NCBI RefSeq assembly: GCF_009914755.1
Contig: NC_060942.1
Reading direction: 5' to 3' (one strand)
Source: the human T2T-CHM13v2.0 reference genome, Homo sapiens
DNA: 64,000 nucleotides
Below, piece after piece: positions 52,195 through 64,000 of the stretch; within the stretch, counting starts at the first letter, position 1, and each line of letters starts with the position of its first letter. The notes beneath the pieces are model-generated. The model was not told the origin of the DNA and searched no databases. It saw only the letters and a list, made by a program, of their open reading frames with translations. The position numbers and the translations under genes were made by a program.

Positions 52195-55100
52195 CTTCGA
52201 GCCTTAAGACACCTTGATGTCAGACTTCCAGTGCCCTGAATTGTGACAGAATAAATTTCTGTTGTTTTAAAACTCCCAAGTTTGTGACAGTTTGTTATGG
52301 CAGTTCTAGGAAACTAAAATAAATGGTGATTTTTGACGCCCCTTAAATCACCTCACTTATGGGAGTGTCCACTTCATCTACTCCAGGCTCACCCCCTCTT
52401 TTCCCAAAGAGAAGAAATATTTTGTGTACGAGAATATTTCTTCCTGATCTTCACTTTGCAGCATATGGACTGCAACAAGAGCGTGAGAAAAGCAATGCCA
52501 AGTCAATAAGGATTGCTTGTCCAGTGCACAAAACACCCTGCTTAGCATAAGAGTAACAGAAGCATTTCTTTGTCACTAGTTAGCTGTGTGACCTTAAGGG
52601 AGTGACTTAACCCTTTGAAACTTCCACTTTCTCAAAACAAATTAGTTGCACAATACATATTTAAGGTCCTTAATGTCATAGAATTACTTAGCAAATTATA
52701 GTATTAGGAGCAAAGAAAAGACAATAGGGGAAAACATGAAGAAGCCTTGGAAACTTGAGTACATCCTCCCTAAAGGAAAATAACTCCCACAAATGCTTAA
52801 AACGCACCCATTACATAGGGCTTTAATCATAGGATAATTTTGTGCCTGCAACTGCCTAATTTTTAGTACCATAGTAAATAGGTCCTGACAACAGATTGTT
52901 CTTTTAAATGCAAATGTTCCCACTATCTTGACACATTATAATTGTTCTTAGGGCTATTGACATCAACAACATCAGTATCTCAGGAAAAATGTGCTGTATG
53001 TATTTCACTACCTGTCTCGGCTAACCCATATGAACATATAGCCCTTTTTCTTCAGCAATCCTCTCTGCAAATCATGATCATAGAGGCCTCCCCTTAGCAG
53101 GACACAGCCTCTCCTAGCCATCCTGGGAATTAACTCCACACAGCAGGTTGGGTCTTGCCTACTCACCTTGCAAGCACTCAATTCAAGGTTAGAGAAAGGT
53201 GTAATTAAAGAGAGAATATAATCTTTCAATCTTTAGGTTGCATATCAAGGACCAAAGTCTCCAAAGACTCTCACTAGCTGAAGCTCTTTGGCAATGGAGG
53301 GGGAAAATCAAGGCTAGGAAGAGTTAATCCAGATTCTAGGACAGGTTAACGTTTCCCTCTTGCTTAGCCCAAGACCTTTAGCCTCTTTTTACTTCTTGCA
53401 TTACCATATCAATATTCCCTTTTCACCCAAATCCCTCCATCTACAGCAACTGGTGAGCTGTAAGTTTTGTTTTGTTTATATTTGTTAGCAGCTTAACTAT
53501 TTCATGTTCATTTACATATTCCATGCAATGTATCCATTGAAGTCACTAACATATTACTTCCTTGTAGATCCTTTACATTCTTTACCATATTTTTTTAGTT
53601 TAAGGAAAAATAGCCAATAATGTCCCTGCTTAAATAGAACACAAAGAAGTGAGAGTATTGATGGTTATAAATTGCTCCTGGTCTTCCAATATGGAAACCA
53701 AAAACTGGAGACTGGAAAATCACATGAAGGAAGACTTTTAGAAAAGTGATTCAACTGTTATTATGAATTCCTTGAAAATTTTAACCAATAGGTTAAAGTT
53801 AAAACAGGTTAATATAAAAGAAAAACATAAATGATTTAATGACATAGTGAGTAGAAAAGTGACACATACTTCAAAGGGAGAATGGGGATACCAGTACAGG
53901 GAGTTTGGGAAGAGAAAGTATGAACTATAGAAAGGGGAGGAGAAACTGATACAGAAGGCATGAGCTCGTGTGTTGCTCTTCAGGTGTTTGTCAGATCTAG
54001 TTACTAACAATAACAACCATGCACAAATGTCCTATGTGAGAGCAGTAAAAGCTCCTCTGGTAGGCTAGGCCACCTACCAGCTCTGTCCTGCCTCTCAAGG
54101 TGAAAGTCAGAACCATCATATTCCCTGTGCAACCCAAGGCCTAACAAAGCCCAGAACAGTAGCCCTCGTTACACTAAGATTCCCGCGGTTCTCAGGTCGA
54201 GATGCCAAAGTAGGCCATTTAGCAGCCAGCTGTTCCTGGTGACTAACTTATCAGTGCTCTGAGGATTATTTTTGAAGATATAAATGAATGTTAGTCTTTG
54301 AGCCCCAGAAACACAGCTCACTAAATATGAATCATTGTGCTAATCCAGTGCAGGACTCTGTAGGTGTGGGCTGTGTTGTTTGTCCTGGGCTCAAGGAAGA
54401 AAGCAATGATATATTTAAAGCAGGGTGTTTTCAGAGAGAGCATTAACACAGTGAATTATATGGAGAATGCAAATGAAAGAACAGTGAAAGTGACCTTGAG
54501 TCCTGTGGCTCAAACTAGTTCCCTGTTAGCTAATAGCCAAACTGATCGAGAACATCAGGAGAGGAAGTTATAGATGTTCTGTTTATTAAACAGAAAACAT
54601 TAACAACTTGGTTGTACATTGAAACACACTAAGACATGAAAACAAGCACAGGGCAAAAGGGAAAAGTTCAGCGAATTTTCCTGAACTTTTTTTTTCCTTT
54701 TTAGTGCTGTTTTAGCAATGGCATTTGATCAAATACAGGAAAGGAATTTTTTGTTTTGTTTTGTTTGTTTTTTTGCAGAGCTTCTTTTGTCCCTATGAGA
54801 TTCACAATTTTAATGCAATCCACTGCAGAAACTGTTGAAATATAAATCTACAGGTCATATCTCAAAGTAAGATGGTAGCACATTCCATTGTTTGGGGGAA
54901 CAGCAGAGACATTAGAGCTCAGAGGATGTTTCCATTTTACAGGATGGAAAATGGAGGCCCAAGAAATTCAAATGACGTGCCCAAGGTAGTCATGGAAATA
55001 AGTCTAGAATTTTGACTTCTGTCCACGCATACATCCTGTGCCTTAAGGTCATGAGTTGCCACTCATCACCGCAGTCCCTTATAAGGCTTAGGCTGGGTAT

Positions 55101-56469
55101 AGAGAAAATGGAAGAAAGCCATTGCAAAGTTACATCTGAATAACTCTAAGCATGCTACACTCAATAAAACCCAACTTCCGAAAAACATGGCTTACAGACC
55201 AAGTTTTTACTGTTTATGGGACTGCAGTGTTCTGCACACATGACTAAAAAGCTCCAAGCACTACCTTAAATCATCCATAGTTGTAGGCTAAAGTCTGCCC
55301 CCAGCCCCACCCCTTCACCCAAACCTCTAAATGTGATCTGTGAAATTTCTTTCTACTTTGAGAATAGGAAAATGAGCTGGGCTCAGTTAAGGGCCATCAC
55401 CAAGTTCCACATGGCTCCTGAGATGGTTTGTCTTCTGGGTATGAGCCCCTTCCCCCTTCTCCCTCAGATGAAGCTCTCTTAACCCACTGGACACCTGTGG
55501 GCAGCTTAGGCAAGGAGGGCAGCCTCTAGGTAGGCAGATTCAAAGTTGATTCAAACATGCTCTTGTCCCTCTGGGCATTCACACTAAGCTCTTTCACCTT
55601 TCAGCCAGACATACACATCAGGATTTCCTGACAGGAACACTTGGTTGATGTTGGCAGCTGAAGAAGCGAAAGCATTTTCCTTGGTATGACACTTCCACTG
55701 AAGGGACCAAAGGGATTCAGAGGCACTGGTGACATTTGGTGGAATTCACCATCTGACTTAGAAGAGATCAAGACAGAAATCTGAGTTGGAATCCACTTTT
55801 CCATCTGTACAAAAATCATCACTAGAGTTGAGTCAAGGACAACATTCTAAAAATTAGCCAGTGTCTACCTGGAGATGGTAAACTGCAGAAATTGAGCCAG
55901 GACACGCATGTCTAGAAAAGGGGTGGTCTCCAGAGCAACATACTCTGGGGGTTTTCAGAGGGTTGTGTGCTTTCTACATAAGCCCAGCCTGGACTTTGAG
56001 AACCCACAAATGTCAAACATGAGGTTGCCCTCAGACAGCTCCTAGGAAAACAAGGCCTTGTAGGCCCAAAGCAGGAAATGTCCGTGGGCTTGGTTCACAC
56101 TGGTTTCAGGACATTGTACCTTTGTGATCACAAAAGGGATTCTATTCCCAGTGCCTTTAGGGAAGGAAATCTTACAGCGCCACATATTTCTGCTGCTGAT
56201 TAATAACTCCCCATAGTCAAAGGAGACAGGGAAAAATTAGGAAGTTATCTACCAACAGACCTGGGCAACTCGTCAGATCTCCAAGAGGTAGAAACTAGGA
56301 ACTAAAAGACTTGGATTCTACTCCCAGTTCTGTTTCTGAAAAGCTACATGAGTTTAGGGAAGTTCCTAAGCTCCAGTTTTCTCATCTATTAAATGAGTTG
56401 ACTTACCTCACAGGGCTAGTGTGAGTGAGGTTCACAAGAAATCTTTGTGTATAAGGATCTTTAAAAAGT

Positions 56470-56614
56470 GGCCAGGTATAGTGGCTCACACCTGCAATCT
56501 CAGCACTTTGGGAGGCTGAGGCAGGAGGATTGATTCAGCTTAGGAGTTCAAGACTAGACTGGGCAACATAATAAGACCCCATCTCTTTTTTATTAAAAAA
56601 GAAAAGAAAAGAAA
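56470..56614 (+). mobile_element. FLAM_C / Alu left monomer after a MIR
   Basis: GGCCAGGTATAGTGGCTCACACC..GACCCCATCTC plus (GAAAA)n tail. Confidence 0.85.
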
Positions 56615-57717
56615 AGTTCTCTGTAAACAAGAGAAAGACTTAGTTTGATTAACATTAGACTATCTTCTCTCTTCCTCTCATTGATGAGCCTGTAGCTCCA
56701 GCTGGCTTCCTGGAGTCAGCAGAGTCATTACTCAGCTATCTACCACCTGCTGGCTCCCAGTGGCTCAGAGATTCAGGTAAACCAAGCTGCTACTGAGCCA
56801 AGAAAGAGTGGTAGCAGAAGGGACATCTCCTTGGGATGTTAACAATCACAAAGGCTCTGGCATAGGAGTCCTGTAAGCTGGTGATGGATCAGAGAGCAAG
56901 CATGCATCTCCTTTTAATTAAAAAAGCAAAAATCTAACTATGACCTGAAACCTTAAGATATCTCAAAAGAGGACCCTGCTGTTTTCCTTGTGTACTTGCT
57001 GATTCAACCTCCAGGTTTATGCACAGATCAGATGGGTCAGATTTTGGAAGCAGAACTGTAGTTCATGCAGAAATCAGGTCAACAATTAGCAACTGCAGCC
57101 CTTCATTAAGCGCTTCTCCAAGCCTGTGTTCAGCCGTGTAATGAGATTGCATAAAACCTGACTCTTACCTGAATTTAAATCAGACTCACTCTACCCTCTC
57201 AAAGGGAGCTCATTCACAGCCCTGATATTTTTTTCCCCTGCCTATTCATTCTATTACTGTCCTCTGCCATGAGAATCTGAGCTACAGAACCAGGAGCTGG
57301 CCTGAAGAGCTCCACTTCCCAAAGAGCTACTGGGGATTGCTCGATTTGTAAGAGACCAAAAGAAATTTGGAGAGGAGGCGTTATTTTGCAAAGGATAAGG
57401 AATTCATCCTTGGATGCGCTGGAGCTGCTTAGTGGAATACCAAGGGAAAACAAGTCTGTGTCTTTGAATCCTATCCAGCTGCAGCCACAAGTTCCTGAAG
57501 AGTACATGCAAGATGACATGCAAACAATCCACATGCTATTTTTGGCCAAAATGAGTGAGCAAGGAGACCCTTCTGCATAGATCAAATGAAGACTTAAGTG
57601 TCATTGGTCCTGCATGTTTCCTTCCCTTGAACAGCTCCACGAGGATTTTTAGGGCAGAGGGTTCCTCCCAAGTAGAGGGAGTTCCGGGCCCAGCATAGAA
57701 TAAAGAAAAAGAAGGGA

Positions 57718-57823
57718 GATATATATATAGATAGATACATAGATATACAGATATATAGATATACATTTTAAAATATGATAATATATAAATATACATAATA
57801 TATGTAAATATCTTTGTATATAT
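57718..57823. repeat. (TA)/(GATA)-rich low-complexity tract
   Basis: Degenerate ATAT/AGAT repeats. Confidence 0.8.
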
Positions 57824-58169
57824 TCCAAAGAGTCTGATACCCAAAAGATGACACTCCGCAGTGAATCAAGAGAGTTAAACTTCTGCTTCTTTCCCTCGTT
57901 GCTCCACACTTTAACACCCTGTTCTAATTGCATCCTTAATCCACATCAGAGTTCTAAACAGAGAATTTCTGGGAGGTAGAGGGGTAGTGGGGTTCACACT
58001 GCTTGAGAGATCCTAACAGCGTGGCCCAATTTCTGAGGAGAGCGATGCCTTGAGTGGGCAAAGGATGATGAGAGTACATACTTAGAGGAGTAAGGCAAAA
58101 GTAAGCAGCTGTAACAGGCTGTTCCAATAGAAAGAGACTTGATAAAGAAGTCAGATAACAGGAACAAGA

Positions 58170-58610
58170 ATCCTCAAAGAGATCTAATTAGGGCATGAAA
58201 AAGACTTCGTGGGACCAAAAAAAAAAAAGATTAATTTTTATTTAAAAACTAAACAATTTAATTGAAGTATCAAATAGACAATTTGGAAAAGTGAACAGCC
58301 ACAATCAAGAACCAACTCAGAAGCCTAGAAGAAATACATTGCTGCACAGGAAAAAATACAAAGATAGAAATCATAGGACAAAACAAAGAAATTTGAACGC
58401 AGATCCAGGAAGCTTTTTGTGGCAGAAAAGGATGTCTGGAAAAGAAGGAACAGAGACAGGGGAGTTAATAATGAAACAAATAGTGCAGAAAAAACTCCCA
58501 CCCTGGAGAAAGACTTGAGGCTGAAGACTGAACGGGATAATTGTGTTTTGGATGGATTAATAGAAACACGGCACAGCTCTTGGTGAAATTCTTAAATCCC
58601 CAGAACAGAG
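58170..58610 (+). mobile_element. HAL1/old L1 ORF1-like fragment
   Basis: Broken-frame translation IMKQIVQKKLPP..KDLRLKTER..LLVKFLNPQ resembles L1/HAL1 ORF1 (IIQENFP..LQIERAHR..ILVKF). Confidence 0.55.
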
Positions 58611-59563
58611 GCAGGGGATGCTCATTTAATTGTCCCAAAGGCATTGTTTCTCAACATATAGTCCATGGACTTCCTACCTCAGAACGAAGAAACTGGTTAA
58701 AAATTCAGATTCCAGAACTTCTGAATCACAACCTTTGGTATGTTTGGGGAAATGCGAACAGTTGAGGGTGAGGAGCCTAGGGTAGAGGGTATCGGTGGTA
58801 GGAAGGATCCTCTTGAGAAATTTACAATTGTCTAATGATAGGAAGGGCACCCTTATCCAACAGAGTCTAACTACTCTTCCTCAGTGAAGCATTGCAAATT
58901 CTCTCACATGTACACACATATACACAAGGTAAGGCAACACCCTATGCTGCATTAATCTATTTGGGAGAAACAACTGGAAATTACATAAAAAACTTCATAG
59001 CTTTTTTTCTTTTCTTAAAAAACGTTCCAACTTAACTTTGAACTTTGTAAAGTAAAGGTAAAATATGAAACTGAATTATCTAATGAAACCACTTTCTTTA
59101 CTACCATTTGCTTAACATTTTTACAGAGTACAAAGACCAGGCAATGACTGTGTATCTACAGTCCAGTTCTCAAACTGGGAATGAAACCATCACATTTTTC
59201 CAGGGTGAGGCTCAACTGTGGTAAACCTCTAACATAACCTCTGGAGTTCTCATGACCACCTTCTCTACTTTTGGAGATCATCAGTGTTTAGGAAATAACC
59301 ATTGCTTTTTTTAAAAAAACTTTAATGAGATATAATTTATGTTCAATAAAATGCACTCATTTAAGACATACCCAGTTAAAATTTGATGAGTGTGCCTGTG
59401 AGACCATTACTACAGTCTAAATACAGAACACTTCTATCAATCCAGAAAATTTCCTAAGCCCTTCTGTGGTCCATCCCTCCTTCCATCCCTAGGTCCAGCC
59501 CATCATTGATCTGCTTTCTGTTACTAGAGTTTAAATTCTCTTTATATAAATGGAATCATATAG

Positions 59564-59990
59564 TATATTAGTTTCCCAGGGCTGCTATAATAAATTAGCA
59601 CAAGCTGGATGGCTTAAAACAAGAGATATGTACTGTCTCACAGTTCTTGAGGCTAGAAGTTCAAAGTCAAGATGTCAGTAGGATCATGCTCCCTCTGAAA
59701 GCTGTAGGGGAGGATCCTTCCTTGCCTCTTCCAACTGCTGGTGGCTCCTAGAGCTCCTTGGCTTGTGGCCACCTCACTCCAGTCTCTGCCTCTGTCTTCT
59801 CAGGGCCTTCCCTCTGTGTCTGTGTCTCTGTGTCCTTTCTTTTATTAGGACAGCAGTCATTTGATTTAATGACCACCCTAAATCCAGGATGATGTCATCT
59901 TGAGACTTTTAACTTAATTTTCTGCAAAGACCCTATTTCCAAATAAGGCCACATTCCTAGGTATCAGGTGTTAGGACTTGGACATAGCTT
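59564..59990 (-). mobile_element. MLT1C-type MaLR LTR
   Basis: TATTAGTTTCCCAGGGCTGCTATAA..GGCTTAAAACAA..TCTGCAAAGACCCTATTTCCAAATAAGGCCACATT. Confidence 0.85.
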
Positions 59991-60042
59991 GTGTGAATAT
60001 ACCATAATTGAATTATCCACTCACCTGCAGATAGATGTTTGA

Positions 60043-60360
<318 letters not shown>

Positions 60361-62393
60361 TGAGTTTTTGACTATAACAAATAAAGTTCCCATGATCATT
60401 TGTGGCAAGCCTTTGTGTGTACATATACTTTCATTTCTCTTGGGTAAGTGTATTTTACCCAAATATGTCTAACTTTACACAATATTGCCAAGACATTTCC
60501 TAAAGTTATTGTGCTAACTTACTTTCCACTCAGCAGGGTACATGAATTCGACTTGTTCCATGTTCTCACCAACACTTGGTGTTTGTAATAATCTTTTTTA
60601 TATAAGCCATTTCGGTGGGCACATAGCAGTATCTCGTTGTGGTTTTTATTTGTCTTTCTCTGATGACTAATGATGATAAATATATTTTCATTAGCTTTTT
60701 AGTTATTCATATATTTTCTTTCATAAAGTATCTATTTAAATATTTTGTCCATTTTTAATCAGGCTGTTTGTCTTATTACTTTAACCATTACATTTTGAAA
60801 ACTTTTTTTTTCCTCTAACAAGTATGAACAAAAATAACAAAGTATTTCTAATTTGGGACTTAGAAAGCTCTGCCAAATGATTAACAACTCAACCGAGACA
60901 GTTTCCAAACCAGGAGAGAAATTCTGTTTTGAATAGGACTGGTGATTTAGTGCAAAGAATAACTGCCGACCGGTGATCAGGAGAGCTGGTACCTAGTGCC
61001 TGCTCTGGCATTCTTTACCTTTACAATTCTAAACAAGTCACATACATCCTTGTATCTCTGTTCCTTCATTTCTAAAATAAGGGGACTGCACTAAAGTAAC
61101 CGAGCTTTTCTCAAGCTCCAACATGTAAGTTGTTCCTTTTGCTAAATGTTCAAAATAGCCCTAAAGATCCTTCAAAACATGCCATATTTGAATGCTCAAG
61201 CAACTTTAAAAAAAATCACTGGTGTCCCTGAAGTCAGAAAAAAATCAGACTGAAGAAACATGAAAGAGTTGCCCTTGCAAAATGGCAGATATTAACATGT
61301 TCAGACAATCCTTGGGAGGTTTTTCCTCAAGGAATAGACTCCACATGAGTGAAAACATCAGCCCAGGGGTGATAGTGTCTCTTGCAGCCTTGTGATTACA
61401 GCACACAATAAGGTTGATTACACACCAAGCCACATTATGCTATACATAATATCCCAAACTATAGCAGTAGCATCTTTCAACAGAAGAAAAAGGAATATAT
61501 CCAATACATGGACATACACATTTAATATTTCTATTTGTACAGAATATTTTCTGTGGCAATATTTCTGCAGTACTGTCAACTGCTAAAACACTTTATTAAA
61601 ATAGTCTCCTACAGGGAAAATTGTTTACCACCCAGATAAGCTCTTAATAACCATACAGTTAATCCTATCAAACATCTCCTATGGCCATAAGTGAATTGTT
61701 CTTCCAAAAGTGGGGTTAAGTATGTTTGATATAAACCTGCTCTTGGTTCTCTTTTGTCACCAAGGGCACAGCTTCAAAAGATAACTCAAGGATCAGGGTT
61801 CTATTTGTGGCCATCGGATAGTTGTTTCATAAGAAACAAACAGGTCTGTGTGATAACTGAATCCATAATTCTAATATCAAGTCAGAATTATGCTACTTTA
61901 GGGTAAAGGCCATTCGGCCAACACTTCTTAGATTTCATTAGCTTCATGCTCTAGTCATTAGAACTCGCCAACTGAAACTACAAGGTTAGATTTTATATAT
62001 GATGATAAAGTGGACAATCTAAAAAACATTTTCCAGGATCAGCACATCAGGAACTCGACCTTCTAACACAGCAGTAAGAATCAATATCACTTCCTCCCTG
62101 TTGAATGCCCAGACCATGATTTGAGAGTCTCTAGTTTTTTATTGAATTTAGCCCTTGTATTCATTTTAGGTTTGAAGGGCAAGTACCAGGGAAGGGCAAC
62201 ATCATGTATACATATAGCTATAAGAATGCAGCATGAACTTCAGAATCTTTAGAGGTAAAATTCTAGAAGTCCACATGGAGATGTTTCTCCAAGAAAATCT
62301 GGATGACATTGTCTTTTCTGTGCTTATTTTGCTGATCAGTTATGTCTAGAAGTAGCATTTCCTTCATCTCTGTCTCCTTCATCACAATCCTCA

Positions 62394-62595
62394 TTTTTTC
62401 TAACATTGTACTATGAAAAATTTCAAACATGAAGTAAAGTTGAATTTTACCAGGAACACTCATGTACTAACCACATAGATCATACTGCTACTATTCTATT
62501 CTGCTTGCTTTATCACATACCTGCCCATCTATCCATCCCTCTGTACATTCTTATTTTTAATATCTTTCAAAGTAAACTGCAGATGTCGGCCCCTA
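62394..62595 (-). mobile_element. L1MC-type 3' end fragment
   Basis: TATGAAAAATTTCAAACAT..GCTTTATCACATA..CATCTATCCATCCCTCT..TTTCAAAGTAAACTGCAGA. Confidence 0.65.
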
Positions 62596-63119
62596 ATCTT
62601 CATTTTTAACTCTTTTCCTTCTCTTTCTTTTCAGGTTTTTGTGACAGTTTTCTTTAAAAAGGAGTTTTTTTCTCTATGAGTAATCATTAAAATGAATTTA
62701 CACAGAATCCTAGAGCTAGAAAGTTTTGTCCAAACCAACCCAGGTCTCCCAATTCTGAGCAAACATTTCTCACTATACATTTTCTCCACCTTTTTGCTCA
62801 TATATAAGAGCTAAGTTTTACCCACATTGACAATTTGATTACTTATATTTTTCAAAAGCTAGAAAGCTGAATAACCCTCAAAAGAATTAAAAAAAGTCCT
62901 CAATCTGTCCTTGGCATTAAATATCTATTTATATAGCTAGGAACATTCCTTGTCAAACAATAGCATTCTGTTTTTCTCTTTATTTTTTATTCCCCACTTT
63001 TGGATAGTCTCCATACTATTTCATTGCCAGGTTCAATTTTGATGTAGGATTCAATTATTAGAACAATTGTAGAAGGTTAGTTAAGAATTCTATTTAAATG
63101 TGTTGGGCTAAAAAAAATG

Positions 63120-63805
63120 TGTGTTTCTGTCTCCTCCTAAAATGCCACCAATATATAAGTAAAAGAATAAAAAAGGTATAAAGTCAGAAGGACAAAAAGA
63201 GCAGGCATAGGGATGAAAGCTAACAATAGATGTCACCAAGTTTGGGAGGATTAAAAATGAACAGAGGCGTGAAACTCACTTAGCCAAACAGAGGAAGTAG
63301 AAATCCATCTGCCCTCATAGGAGGCAATGATGAGAAGCAAGTCAGTTTGCTCTGCAAAACTCAGGGAAAACTCAAGGCTTGGATGTATAAGGCAAGTAGG
63401 AGTCAAGTGGGGCTAAAGACTAGGAATTTGTGAAAAGATTACATTTGTGTACCCCCAACCCATCCTCTCACTAGAGGAGAATATAGATTTTATTCTCTGA
63501 AAATAATGCATCAGAGTTTCACCTCTGAAGTAGGGAACCACAGGCACAATGGAGAGATCTGAGGCTTAATTTTGAAAATAGGGCATTAAATGAGAGTCTA
63601 CATACTGAAGAGTAAAATACCATTCTCCTCTCTCTCTGTCTGCTCTTACAATGCCTGTAGCTGGGGATAATATAGAATTTGTTCTCTGGAGAAATTGAGA
63701 TATCAGAGAGAAAAGATGTATGAATGCTGATATTTGGGGTTTTCCCCCAAGAAAAAACTAAAACTCTGTCAAATTATTTTATATACAGCTCCCCAGTCAA
63801 CAACA

Positions 63806-63853
<48 letters not shown>

Positions 63854-64000
63854 CCTCCAATTAGCTTTTTTTCTTTAATTACTACTCTTCAATATAGACT
63901 GAGAACCAAGGACCAGCAGATATTTGAAGAAAATCTACAACAAGAAAGACAAAAATAAAAAGAAACAAAGAAGAACACAGAAAATACATAAAATACATGG
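63120..64000 (+). mobile_element. HAL1/old L1 5' region (runs off window)
   Basis: Pattern CCAATTAGCTTTTT..CCAAGGACCAGCAGATATTTGAAGAAAATCTACAACAAGAAAGAC as recalled for the HAL1 5'UTR-ORF1 junction. Confidence 0.5.
63807..63852 (+). repeat. (CA)23 microsatellite
   Basis: Perfect dinucleotide run. Confidence 0.97.

Larger units (their letters stand above)
50653..52321 (+). mobile_element. MLT1C-type MaLR LTR split by two ERV1 LTRs
   Basis: CCCAGAACCTCAGAATGTGACC..GGCAAGGAAGGATTCCTC [inserts] ..GACACCTTGATGTCAGACTTCC..GGAAACTAAAATA; 5-bp TSD AATGG at 50648-50652 and 52322-52326. Confidence 0.85.

Noticed and set aside
53155-57175. Strong minus-strand splice-donor-like sites (AAG/GTGAGT at ~53161-53169, CAG/GTAAGA at ~57163-57171)
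   Set aside because: A few such 9-mers are expected by chance in this length, and I could not pair them with convincing acceptors or a reading frame.
57214-57585. Overlapping 123-aa (-) and 64-aa (+) ORFs in unique DNA
   Set aside because: No recognisable domain and no supported exon structure; lengths are compatible with chance in 64 kb. A lncRNA exon cannot be excluded without RNA data.

Overview
Repeat-rich, apparently non-coding primate genomic DNA. AluJ/S/Y, HERV-E LTR2 and HERV-K MER11 point to a catarrhine, probably human; I cannot name the locus. I found no intact protein-coding gene, RNA gene or CRISPR array. The first ~25 kb holds about 15 LTRs. These include a two-LTR, internally deleted class-I provirus (7777-14067: MER61-like LTRs, tRNA-Phe PBS, 5-bp TSD GTTTC) with gag, integrase-tail and env-TM remnants. 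The rest is Alu, L1, L2, MIR, MaLR and hAT fossils with unique spacers. The most unusual structures are: (1) two independent ~185-190-bp copies of nearby DNA inserted into old repeats with target duplications, both ~5% diverged from their donors; (2) a decayed two-transmembrane mini-ORF between pol and env; (3) a 3'-truncated MER11 LTR still bounded by a perfect 6-bp TSD; (4) a 54-bp orphan retro-insertion. I see no convincing new multi-gene system. Subfamily names come from recalled consensus sequences and need RepeatMasker/Dfam confirmation. Mismatch counts are by hand, and boundaries without a TSD are approximate.
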